This document shows positions 37,512 to 47,300 of a DNA stretch of 64,000 nt, one piece after another (positions within the stretch are counted from its first letter, which is position 1; each line of letters begins with the position of its first letter). Source of the stretch: Escherichia phage vB_EcoM_G37-3. The stretch lies in sequence record MK327941.1; one strand, given 5' to 3'. The notes beneath the pieces are model-generated. The model worked only from the letters and a program-made list of their open reading frames with translations, was not told where the DNA came from and did not search any database. A program made the translations under genes and the position numbers.

Positions 37512-38093
37512 TTACGCCTTCTTACGTTCTAAAATTTGTTCGCTGATCAGGTAATCATCAAGGAAGTAATTATGTTCTTCTTTTGTTGCAAAGTCAAAAT
37601 ATAATTCCTGAATCATTTCCTTAGAGATGCCAACATCATATTCAAACGGATCATTAATTCCTGGTCGTTGAACATACGTTAACACAATACGGTCCGCAAA
37701 GTCAACTGCTTTTTCAATCAGGGAAGGTCCGCCAATAACGCTTACCAAACCTTGCAATTTCTCTATGACTTCTAATAATTCCTTCAATCCACCATCATTA
37801 GTAATCGCGGTATACACATCTGGTTGGTCGCCGTTTTTTGCTTTCGGTGCTGGCTTACTGGTATCGGTGCTAACAACCACATTCACACGACCTTCCAGTG
37901 CTTTAGGGAGACTTTCAAAGGTATTACGTCCCATTACAACCGCCGCAAGATCAACATCTCCCATAGTGCGCATTTTAAAGTTTTCCATGTCCTTTTTGAT
38001 TGGACGTCCCCACGGTAAACCGCCTTTAAAACCAAAAGCCCAATTTTCATCTGACATTTTAGTATCACCAATCGCAAATACACATTGAATCAT
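37512..38093 (-). CDS. frd: dihydrofolate reductase
   Basis: 193 aa; GGLPWG, MGRNTFESLP motifs. Confidence 0.85.
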   Translation of the reverse strand: MIQCVFAIGDTKMSDENWAFGFKGGLPWGRPIKKDMENFKMRTMGDVDLAAVVMGRNTFESLPKALEGRVNVVVSTDTSKPAPKAKNGDQPDVYTAITNDGGLKELLEVIEKLQGLVSVIGGPSLIEKAVDFADRIVLTYVQRPGINDPFEYDVGISKEMIQELYFDFATKEEHNYFLDDYLISEQILERKKA

Positions 38094-38108
38094 AATATAA
38101 ATCTCCCA

Positions 38109-38471
38109 TCAAATCAGTTTGAAATAGTTTTCGTTTACATTTTCTTCTGTGATTGCTGTCTTAAATTCTTGACCGTTATCCGGTGTGATGAAATAACGGT
38201 CAGAATAATCACGAAAACGTTTTAAGTGAGATACCCCAACATTAACACCATTTTCCCAAAAACGAAAGGTAATCATTTTTGGTTCATATCGATAGTCGCT
38301 GGTTAACACAGTACCATCACCGCGACGGGCTTCATAAACCGTAATACATTCACGATTAGCGGCTTTAAGGCATTCTTCAATAGTGCCGCATGAGATAATA
38401 CTTACTTTTTCATCTACGATTTGTTCTACAGTCCACATAATATAATCCTCTCTTTGTTTCGATATGTGCAT
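38109..38471 (-). CDS. hypothetical protein (120 aa)
   Basis: ORF with promoter cassette at 38461..38488. Confidence 0.6.
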   Translation of the reverse strand: MHISKQREDYIMWTVEQIVDEKVSIISCGTIEECLKAANRECITVYEARRGDGTVLTSDYRYEPKMITFRFWENGVNVGVSHLKRFRDYSDRYFITPDNGQEFKTAITEENVNENYFKLI

Positions 38472-38488
38472 TATACACTATTGCGTTA
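38461..38488 (-). promoter_or_regulatory. early promoter cassette
   Basis: TTGACA, 16-nt spacer, TATAAT. Confidence 0.5.
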
Positions 38489-39709
38489 CGCTGTCAACTC
38501 TTTTTCAAAAGATTTTACGATATACATGATGGTGCTCAATTCGGACGGCGCTACTGTCTCTGTGTAGCCATCCGGCATATCTTCTTTCGAGATATAGGAA
38601 GTTTTACCTTTCATTGCTTCCTTGATTTTGTTCTCTAATTCTAAGATCTTTTGACCGTCTTGTAAAGTCAATTCATAAAAGATCTCATGATCGAACTTTG
38701 AAACACGAGATTGGTTTCTCATGCGCTCATGTGTTTCTTTGTTTGTTATTCCAAATTTCACGCCAACAAAGGAATCATTGTTGGTTAATTTCTGTATATA
38801 AAGAGTTCCTGTCTTTAATGCCTGATAACCATGCTTAGAACACAACGGGCAGCGTGTTCCGCGATTAACAAAATTATCAATAGTTACATCCCATTCATGG
38901 TTACGTTCGCATGTCAGAAGTATTCTTGTTAATGCACCTTTCCACTTTCCTGAAATCCCAATAAATTTTAGTCTGTTGGTTTCGCATATTTTTTTAATTT
39001 GTTTTAATCGGTCACTTTTTGTTATTGGTGCTGTTCCGCTACATTTGCGACACCGACGACCTAGTTTGAACTTATCATAACTTTGTTCGTAAATGTGATT
39101 ATTAGGACACTCAAATTTAAGTTTAGTTTTTGTTCCTCTCCATTCCCCAATTATACCCAAAAATTTATAATCTCCTTTATTTTCATTTATATAAGATAAG
39201 GAATCTTCTTTATCATGCATCTTGCCCCCGTTACATAAAGGACATCTTGTTTTTTGATGAATGAAATCTGTATATGTTGGTTGGTATGTGTGTCCGTTTG
39301 TACAGTTCATAATGAGTCTTGTTCTGCTATTTTTATACTCCCCACCAACAAAACCAACAAATACATCGTTTGTTTCTTGTTTTATTCTTTCTATCACATT
39401 GTTTGGGTTTAATCTTTGAGAATCAACCACACATTTCTTACACGAAACTTTTTTCCTGATATTTGCTAGAGTTGATGTGTATTCATGCTTGTTATTACAT
39501 AATATAAGAGCTTTTGTTTTGAGACCAGACCATTCTCCAACAAACCCCATGAAAGAATAACCAACTTCCAAACATGAATTTTTTACAACATTTTCCCAAT
39601 AGAAGGGAGTTTTCGTGTTTCCTTTTATTTCTATACGAATCTCGTGTGCTTGACGTACCAACATATTTTTATCCTCCGTTGTTTCGATGATTGTATTATA
39701 CATTACCAC
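38486..39709 (-). CDS. protein with four tandem Cys-containing repeats and C-terminal GIY-YIG / T5orf172-like domain (407 aa)
   Basis: four roughly 45-aa repeats (FxGxxGEWxGxKTK...CxNxHxY, CPLC / CRKC) then LYIQKL...VKFGITNK...DGYTETV. Confidence 0.55.
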   Translation of the reverse strand: MVMYNTIIETTEDKNMLVRQAHEIRIEIKGNTKTPFYWENVVKNSCLEVGYSFMGFVGEWSGLKTKALILCNNKHEYTSTLANIRKKVSCKKCVVDSQRLNPNNVIERIKQETNDVFVGFVGGEYKNSRTRLIMNCTNGHTYQPTYTDFIHQKTRCPLCNGGKMHDKEDSLSYINENKGDYKFLGIIGEWRGTKTKLKFECPNNHIYEQSYDKFKLGRRCRKCSGTAPITKSDRLKQIKKICETNRLKFIGISGKWKGALTRILLTCERNHEWDVTIDNFVNRGTRCPLCSKHGYQALKTGTLYIQKLTNNDSFVGVKFGITNKETHERMRNQSRVSKFDHEIFYELTLQDGQKILELENKIKEAMKGKTSYISKEDMPDGYTETVAPSELSTIMYIVKSFEKELTA

Positions 39710-39723
39710 ATCAGCATGTCAAT
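39695..39723 (-). promoter_or_regulatory. early promoter cassette
   Basis: TTGACA, 17-nt spacer, TATAAT. Confidence 0.5.
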
Positions 39724-39752
39724 ACATTTTCATAAAATTTTAGGCAATAAAA

Positions 39753-39775
39753 AAGCCTTCCCGAAGGAAGGCTTT
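39753..39775. terminator. bidirectional rho-independent terminator after gene 32
   Basis: AAGCCTTCC-CGAA-GGAAGGCTT flanked by A run and T run. Confidence 0.6.
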
Positions 39776-39783
39776 AAAATTCA

Positions 39784-40758
39784 TTACATCCCTAACAGAG
39801 CGTCAAGATCATCCAGATCAGAAGCGGAGGAAGTACCGCCACCCAGGTCCAGAGATGCCATCAGATCATCAGCGGAAGAATCTAACGCCGTGCTAGCTGC
39901 GTTAATACCAACTACAGTGCTAACCGCGTTAATACCAGCATCGAATGCATTCATCTGTGCGTCAAAATCGTCAAGCTGGCTGTTAATCGCTGCCGCAGCA
40001 CTGGAAGCCGCAGCACCAGCTACCATAGACACACCCATAGTTTTCTTAAATTTGGTTTCCAGTTCATCGAACGGTTTAAACTGGCTAGGCGCTACAATCT
40101 CACTCAGGTCAACCATGTTTTCCATCAGATATTTCTGATATGCTTCGTCTTCAATTTTCGGAAGCTGTGATTGCTGCATGAAACGAGAATCATCATAGTT
40201 CTGGTGTTTATCAACCTTCTTAGCTTTCAGGAGGAAGTTAGCACCGGAGAACACACAAGTTACATCTACCGGAACTTCGCCCATATCGGTATTCACGTTC
40301 ACCATTGCAACGATCTTATCATAAATTTTCTGACCGAAGCGGAATTTGAATACCTTACCTTCATTTTCTGGTGCTTGAGGATCTTTCAGTACCAGAATAT
40401 TTGCGTAGTAAGAGGCTTTACGCTTAATCAGTTGCCATTCGGTTTTATCGGTATTGTACAGGTCTTTTTCGTTAATATATTTGCACACAGGGCAAGAATC
40501 AAAATCACCGTGGGTGCTTGAGCAGTTTTCCCAATACCATTTACCATTAACTTTGAAGGAATGGTTTACCAGTTTCACAATCGGCAGACCGTCTTCTGTC
40601 TTAGACGGCAGGAAGCGAATCAGGGCTTCACCGTTACCTGCTGCATCAGTCTTAATCTTCCACTCTTTCGGATCTTCTTTGGAGAAACCGTTGCCACCTT
40701 TCAGTGCGGCCAGTTGAGCTTGCAGTTTGGAAGAATCTTGGCGTTTAAACATATTCAC
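39784..40758 (-). CDS. 32: single-stranded DNA-binding protein gp32
   Basis: 324 aa; [19 protein letters not shown] zinc site, acidic C-terminus. Confidence 0.9.
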   Translation of the reverse strand: MNMFKRQDSSKLQAQLAALKGGNGFSKEDPKEWKIKTDAAGNGEALIRFLPSKTEDGLPIVKLVNHSFKVNGKWYWENCSSTHGDFDSCPVCKYINEKDLYNTDKTEWQLIKRKASYYANILVLKDPQAPENEGKVFKFRFGQKIYDKIVAMVNVNTDMGEVPVDVTCVFSGANFLLKAKKVDKHQNYDDSRFMQQSQLPKIEDEAYQKYLMENMVDLSEIVAPSQFKPFDELETKFKKTMGVSMVAGAAASSAAAAINSQLDDFDAQMNAFDAGINAVSTVVGINAASTALDSSADDLMASLDLGGGTSSASDLDDLDALLGM

Positions 40759-40788
40759 TATTCCTTCTTTTGATTAATTTACTAGACT

Positions 40789-40816
40789 ATTATACAGATT
40801 TAAATTTACTTGTCAA
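40789..40816 (-). promoter_or_regulatory. sigma70-type promoter upstream of gene 32
   Basis: TTGACA, 16-nt spacer, TATAAT about 35 nt upstream of ATG. Confidence 0.5.
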
Positions 40817-41493
40817 CTATTTGTTTCGGCTTTTAATTGAGATATTTCTTTACACTCTTTAACTACTTTAACAAATAATGCTCTTGCTTTTGCGGCGTCA
40901 ATAACAAGTAGTTTCTTGTACGCCTTCATTTTAACACTATAAGTTTGCCAAATCAAGTCTTTGGCTACCTTGTCGTGTTCGTCGATTATATTTAGAAAGC
41001 TATCTAACAACATAAACGACTCAAACGATATAATCCGATTTTGCAGTAGTTTAAAGATACCGCTAGTTTCGGTTGCGGGATTGTATGTAATTAGCTCTTT
41101 AAGAGTAACCCCGCGTTTCTCTGAGAAGTATACCAGACTTTTAATGTCATCGTCAAATCGTGTTGCTGCATCGGTTATCTTTCCTATGTATTCCATATAA
41201 AAGCCGTATGCGTCAACATCAGTGATTTCACCTACCCATGCATCGGTATTAGCTACCAGATTGCTTAGGAATAGGAAGTATAATTCTCTTAGATTGTACT
41301 TTTCCGCTAATTTTGCGAAATAATACTTATCTCTGCGTTTATTGAATGCGGCATCAGACAACCGCATCCTCCAATTGTATTTTACGCAATCATAACGCCC
41401 GTTCATGTGAGCTTTCATCATGCAATATAACATATACACAGATTTAGCATTAATTCGCATATCTGGATCTGGAGGAAGACGGTTTCTGATCAT
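40813..41493 (-). CDS. 59: helicase loader gp59
   Basis: 226 aa; aligns with T4 gp59 (YKLYLMIK..HMNGKYD, ISFESF.LLDSFLNIID). Confidence 0.85.
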   Translation of the reverse strand: MIRNRLPPDPDMRINAKSVYMLYCMMKAHMNGRYDCVKYNWRMRLSDAAFNKRRDKYYFAKLAEKYNLRELYFLFLSNLVANTDAWVGEITDVDAYGFYMEYIGKITDAATRFDDDIKSLVYFSEKRGVTLKELITYNPATETSGIFKLLQNRIISFESFMLLDSFLNIIDEHDKVAKDLIWQTYSVKMKAYKKLLVIDAAKARALFVKVVKECKEISQLKAETNS

Positions 41494-41502
41494 ACATACC
41501 CC

Positions 41503-41772
41503 TTAAATATCGAGAGTGTTTGTCGGTTCGTCGATCACTCCCTTCCTGAGCGTTCTATTTACTATACATTCTTGTGTGATCTTGTCAATAATGGACACTG
41601 GAATATATTTCTGATAGTGACCATATTCGATAGAGTTTTCCTCTACAAACTGCGTTGTCGCTTCAAGATAAGTCAATCCATCTTCAACAACCAGTTTTTC
41701 GATTGCAAGACCGTTTGCTGTTTTATTCGCGGCTTTTACCGCATGTTCATTAAGCATTGAACACCCGATCAT
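41503..41772 (-). CDS. 33: late transcription co-activator gp33
   Basis: 89 aa; YLEATTQFVEENSI matches T4 gp33. Confidence 0.7.
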   Translation of the reverse strand: MIGCSMLNEHAVKAANKTANGLAIEKLVVEDGLTYLEATTQFVEENSIEYGHYQKYIPVSIIDKITQECIVNRTLRKGVIDEPTNTLDI

Positions 41773-42025
41773 AGAGTTCTACCGCTTCGTCGCGTTCTGC
41801 TTCGAAGGTTTCGCGCTGTTGCTGGTGATACAGTTTAAACAGAATGCCCCACATTTTACCATCTACGCCTAATTCTTCTTTAGCACGCTGTTTGATCTCT
41901 TTGATCTTATCGCCATATGCTTCTTGAATGGTTTTCTGATCGCTGGCTTCTTTAATCAGTTGTGCCAGGGTATTTCCGTGTACATTTTCATCGAATACTA
42001 CTTTTTCTTTTTTCTGTTCAGTCAT
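41750..42025 (-). CDS. dsbA: dsDNA-binding protein DsbA-like
   Basis: 91 aa; size and position between 33 and rnh. Confidence 0.55.
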   Translation of the reverse strand: MTEQKKEKVVFDENVHGNTLAQLIKEASDQKTIQEAYGDKIKEIKQRAKEELGVDGKMWGILFKLYHQQQRETFEAERDEAVELYDRVFNA

Positions 42026-42030
42026 AATAT

Positions 42031-42627
42031 TTAACCCTCTTTCGTCATTAATTGAAAACCACGTTCAGCTTTTGAGATTTCGCTAGGACTTAAATCGTCA
42101 CCCACATATTCTAGCATCATTTCTCGGATAATGTCAAGTGCTTTTTCATCACCTGATTTTAACTCGAACTCAAGTTCATAGTGAGCGTCTCCCATTACTT
42201 CGCCGACTTTGCAATAATAGAAAGTGTCTTTGCACATTTCCACTATAGCACCCTCAAGGTCAAGTGTCAATGACTTGCGGTATGTCATGACTTGCAGTAA
42301 AGGAACGATAAGGTCGGAGTTTACGCCTAGACTATCAACATAGTGATAGAAATCATCCATTGTTGAAAAAGTAATTTCTTCTCGGTTGAAGAGTCCAGAT
42401 TCACTATCACCTATTTTGACCATGATCAATGATCTATTAACGTCAAGTCGAGCATAAATTCCTTTTCGACGCAGTGCATGATCTTCGGTATCATAATAAA
42501 ATTCGTGTTTTAGAGTGTTAGCACGATCTACTAGATTGCACCCGTCATACATTGCCACCCACAAATCACAGATGGTTTCGACGCCAATTTGTGAGTGTGC
42601 ATAGTATTTTAATTCAAGTTCTTTCAT
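42031..42627 (-). CDS. CYTH-like (triphosphate tunnel metalloenzyme) domain protein (198 aa)
   Basis: N-terminal ELELK (ExExK) and C-terminal ELEFELK acidic motifs. Confidence 0.45.
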   Translation of the reverse strand: MKELELKYYAHSQIGVETICDLWVAMYDGCNLVDRANTLKHEFYYDTEDHALRRKGIYARLDVNRSLIMVKIGDSESGLFNREEITFSTMDDFYHYVDSLGVNSDLIVPLLQVMTYRKSLTLDLEGAIVEMCKDTFYYCKVGEVMGDAHYELEFELKSGDEKALDIIREMMLEYVGDDLSPSEISKAERGFQLMTKEG

Positions 42628-42637
42628 CTGTCAACCC

Positions 42638-43585
42638 TTAGAACTCACCAATTTTCTGCAACATTTTAACTAACGCATTTGTTACAAAATAGTTATAAAT
42701 TTTACCGCGTGGTGCTGGTTTAGATTTCTCCCATGCTAACAAAATTTCATATTCGATGTTATCGGGAATAAATTCAAAATCAATAAGTTCGCGGTTTTCG
42801 TCAAAGCGTCGTGCTTCTTCCTCTGTCATCAAAGACTTTGGATCTTCGGCATCGAAAATTTGCTCTAACCATTTGGTTGCAATTGGTTTAGCTCGTTCTC
42901 CTTCAAGTCGTGAGATAATGAAATCACTACGGCACTTGATCGAAGCTACACCGTCTTTTGCGTCACCCTTAACACATTTTACCATAAGGTCTTTGTAAGG
43001 GCTACCATATTTGCATTTCTTCCATGCTTTCTGTACTGGCGCCCACTGTTTCACGTTTTTGTATTTGTGCAACTGTGTGTAGTCACCATCGCCGGAGTTG
43101 ATTAGCACCTGACGACCTTCTACAGAAAACTTTTTAGTTAATACAGCGATTATATCATCCGCTTCAACTTTGTCAACCTTAATAACGTGATAAGGCATGT
43201 TCTCTTTAAACTCTTCGGTGATCTTATTGATCGCAGCAAAGATCATCTCCCAATCACGCGGATCTGCGTCTCGTTTTTCCTTACGGTTGCGTTTATAGTA
43301 AGGGGCGATATCACGTCGCCAGTAACCTTTACTTGAATCAAAGGCAAGTACCGTAATAGGGTATTGCTCTTTGAATTTTGTCATATTATAACGCATGGTG
43401 TCAAGGATAAGATGACGGATCATGCCTTCATTAATAGGATCTTCCGGTTTAAAGGTATGCGAGATAGTAGCAATCATAAGCTGCGACATATCAATCAAAT
43501 GCACACCTTCCGGCAGTTTATCTTCTGGATCATCGAAGAAATCATTAAGTGTAGCGGTAGTTTTTGTAAACGGGTTATACGTCAT
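42638..43585 (-). CDS. rnh: RNase H / 5-prime-3-prime exonuclease
   Basis: 315 aa; aligns with T4 RNase H (GYWRRD, SGDGDYTQLHKY, PRGKIY). Confidence 0.85.
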   Translation of the reverse strand: MTYNPFTKTTATLNDFFDDPEDKLPEGVHLIDMSQLMIATISHTFKPEDPINEGMIRHLILDTMRYNMTKFKEQYPITVLAFDSSKGYWRRDIAPYYKRNRKEKRDADPRDWEMIFAAINKITEEFKENMPYHVIKVDKVEADDIIAVLTKKFSVEGRQVLINSGDGDYTQLHKYKNVKQWAPVQKAWKKCKYGSPYKDLMVKCVKGDAKDGVASIKCRSDFIISRLEGERAKPIATKWLEQIFDAEDPKSLMTEEEARRFDENRELIDFEFIPDNIEYEILLAWEKSKPAPRGKIYNYFVTNALVKMLQKIGEF

Positions 43586-43587
43586 AA

Positions 43588-43773
43588 TTAAGTTCTCTCC
43601 ACTCTCACAACAACATATTCGCCAAACGAGTTAGATACTTCACGATCATACCCGTATTTCTCCATAACTCGCAGAATTGCATTGTTTAGTTCTGCGCGAA
43701 AATAATTATAATCCTTATCAGGTATTCTGTCAACTATCCATTTTGCACCGTCTGACAAATCAAATTTAACCAT
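43588..43773 (-). CDS. hypothetical protein (61 aa)
   Basis: ORF, coupled to rnh. Confidence 0.5.
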   Translation of the reverse strand: MVKFDLSDGAKWIVDRIPDKDYNYFRAELNNAILRVMEKYGYDREVSNSFGEYVVVRVERT

Positions 43774-43779
43774 AATATA

Positions 43780-44361
43780 TCATCCTCTTTTTGGAAAATT
43801 TAAATAAGCATACTCGCCAACTATTTCATGTGCTGCACGGTCATAAGCCTTAGCCGCCTCAACTTCTGTCTCAAAGTATCCTAGATGTATATTCTTTCGA
43901 TTGATAACAATATACGCCTTCCACGGCTTTTTCTTGCTTGGTGATAATGATACACCTTTATATTTGCTATGGCAAGCCTTTTTCTTTGAGACGTTAAACT
44001 GATTTTGCTGTTCGGTTGCTTCTCTCATGTTTGACGGTCTATTGTTAGTTTTGTCTTGGTCTATGTGATCTATTCGTTCAACCTGAGTACCATACTCTAA
44101 AAACCAGACAACTCTATGTACAAACAGATTAAGTTTATGACCATTGTTGTAAAATGTAAAGTATAAATATCCTTCTTTATGGAGACATACCCTTACCACA
44201 TCACCTTTTTTGTATATGGACCCTTCTTTTCGGAATCCAGCAGCTACAGAATCCTTTAAATGGTATAATATTCCATCGACATGATAGAATCTACCTTTTA
44301 TCGCTTTCTGTGTCTCGATATCCCAAAATTTTGTTTTTGCCACAACAAACACCTCACACAA
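43780..44361 (-). CDS. HNH + AP2-domain homing endonuclease (193 aa)
   Basis: IDHIDQDKTNN (HNH) and YKGVS...HLGYFETEVEAAKAYD (AP2-like); paralog of 32691..33230. Confidence 0.7.
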   Translation of the reverse strand: MCEVFVVAKTKFWDIETQKAIKGRFYHVDGILYHLKDSVAAGFRKEGSIYKKGDVVRVCLHKEGYLYFTFYNNGHKLNLFVHRVVWFLEYGTQVERIDHIDQDKTNNRPSNMREATEQQNQFNVSKKKACHSKYKGVSLSPSKKKPWKAYIVINRKNIHLGYFETEVEAAKAYDRAAHEIVGEYAYLNFPKRG

Positions 44362-44395
44362 TAAATAATTTCATATTATAACAGGAGACCCAATA

Positions 44396-47300
44396 ATGGC
44401 AGATTTTTCTCAACATTTCAAGGCCACCTTTGGCTTTGACGCTGGTAATGAAAAGGTCGTCAATGTAGCATACGCAGATAAAAACACATCAACGGATGCG
44501 GTCAACGTTGAATTTTTCAATTACCATAATGGTATTACTCAGTATGACACAACTCGCGGTTATGATCAATACGGAACTACAATCTATCAAAACCGTCCGT
44601 ATTATGCAAAAGAAGATATCACAAAGCCAGCGGGTGATTTTGACCCGACGAAATGGCAAGCACTGCGCAACGATCCACGTTGGGATTATATTGCAGCAAC
44701 TTCCGGTGATACTCCTTTAAAGTCTGGTGATTATATCGCAGCAGATGGTCAATTTGCAAACTTGACTTTCTCTATGCCAAACAAACCAGCAGAGGGAGAC
44801 ACTATAACAGTAAAAGATATCGGTGGCAAGTGTGGTGTTAACGAATTATCGTTCTTGAGTTCAGGGCATGAGTTTTACCATAACGGTAATGTGTATAACC
44901 GAAAATGGTATTGCACTACCCCGTATGCAATGAACTATTTCATCTTTGTTCGTAATCGTTGGCATGTTTATCAGACAGGAACAGAGCCACGCGGTGTGTA
45001 CGCACAGCCAGCGATTGATGCTATTCAAATGCAGAATGGTGATCAGGTATTTCGTCGTAGTTCGTTGGGTAATATTACCTTAGTGCTTCCTAAGTTTGCC
45101 AACAATGGCGACATGATCCAGACTACAGATCTTGACGGGTTAACCGCAACCAACCACGTTACGGTTAAAGTTCATGAGCACGCAGAAGAACAATCAATTG
45201 GCACGTCCGGTCTAAAAGAGATTATCGGTAAGCGTAGCGGTCATGGTGTATTCATATTTGACAAACCGGAAAACTTATGGCGTTTGTGGGATGGTGATCA
45301 GTCTGTTCGCTTGAATCCTATCATTAGTGATACTCGCTTATCCCCTAATAGCTATGTTGCAGTATTTGGTGATCGTGATGTTGCCTTGACTTTACCGACC
45401 AATGTCGAGCCGGGTGATCGCATTCAAGTTTCTATGCAGTATATGCACGGAAACCAGACTTGCCGAATCATTACCTCAGAAGAGGATACAAAAATCCTTA
45501 TGCAGAAAAACATGGTTCAGTTTCCTAAGCGTAGCGAGTACCCATTCAATGGGACCGATACATGGACGGGAGTATCTGAATTGTCTTTCAACGCTGCAAA
45601 TGATTATGTACCTTATCTGGAGTTCTCTTATTCAGAAGGTGATGATGGTAAGAAATACTGGTTGGTGGCACATGCTCACCCGATTGTAGAACGAGTAGAT
45701 CCGACTCGTAAAGATCGTGTTGGTGTAATTGCACTGGCTACCCAGGATGAAACAAACAAAAACCATGAAGATAATCCTAGCGACGAAGTTGCGGTGACTC
45801 CAAAGGTTCTGGCTAACAAAACAGCCAACGAAACTCGACGCGGTATTGCTCGCATTGCGACTCAAGCGGAAACGCATCAAGATACTGGTTCCAGCTTCCT
45901 GGATGATGTTATCGTTACGCCTAAAAAGTTAAATGATTGTGTTGCTACCGAAGCCCGTCGTGGTGTAATGGAAATTGCAACTCAACATGAAACCAACGAA
46001 GGTTTAGACGATACTCGCGCAATAACTCCTAAGAAGTTAGAAGAACGTCGCGCTTCCGAAGATCTCGCTGGTATTGCTGAAATTGTTCAGGTTGGCGGTA
46101 GTGCTGCCACTCGACGTGGCGAAGCTGGTACAGGGATCTATAACATCAACGACCATGCTAAAATTGTTACGCCACAAAACATCAACGAAGTCAAGGCGAC
46201 CGAAACTTCCCGTGGTGTTGGCTATCTGGCAACTGACGCGGAAGTGCAAGGGGCTACAGAATCAACCCCGCAAGATGCTTTACTAATCACGACTCGCACG
46301 CTAACGAAGCGTACTGCTACAGAATCGCGTACTGGTATCGCTGAAATTGCAACTCAGGAAGAAACAAACTTAGGTCAAAGTGATAACCATATCATCACGC
46401 CTAAAAAGCTGCATACTCGCCGCGCAACGGAAACTTTACACGGTTTAGCAGAAATTGCAACTCAGTCGGAATTTGACGCAGGTCGTGACGATGCTCGCAT
46501 TTCTACCCCATTGAAGATTAAAACCTTCTTTGAGAATGCACAGCGTTTGAAAGTAGATCCGACTCAGGGGCTTAACCTTACGGGTGACTTGTGGCAAGGT
46601 ATCACGATCAGCGGTCTTGATGCAACCGAAGACACAAAAGGTGTCGCTAAAGTTGCTACTACTCAGCTTACGGATGTTGGTCAAGATGATACTACAATCA
46701 TCACGCCTAAAAAGCTGCAAGGCAAAAAAGCCACCGAAGGTAAAGAAGGTATTATCCGCGTTGGTACTCAAGCCGAAACCGTGGCTGGTACACTGGCTAA
46801 TGTAGCAATTTCTCCGAAGAACTTCAAATATGTTGTTCAGACAGAGGATACATGGAAAGCAACCGAAGCTCGTCGTGGATTCTTGAAAGTTGCTACTCAG
46901 GAAAACTGTTTTGTTGGTGATAATCTGCAAGGTTCTACTCAAGAACTAGGAAACTACCAGCATGACGGAATTGCTGTTACCCCTAAAGGATTAAACTACG
47001 CACTTGCTAATTTCTTACCTAAGATGGCAACTGCCCAGAATAGTTTGAAATTGGGTAACGTAGATGCCGCTAAATGGGCGCGTAGAGACATTGACCAGAC
47101 CATTGAGAGCAATTACACGTTTAATAAAAACGTTAACGTGAAGGGCGATTTAGAGTGCTTAAAATCAGGTTCCTTTGAAACTCTGTTTGTGACTAAGAAC
47201 TCGACTGATGATCCGAGTAATGGTCATCTGGTGTTGGGTGAGCGTGGAGTTGACGGTCACACCGGAATTACTCTGCATGGCACAACCGCATCGGAAGGCA

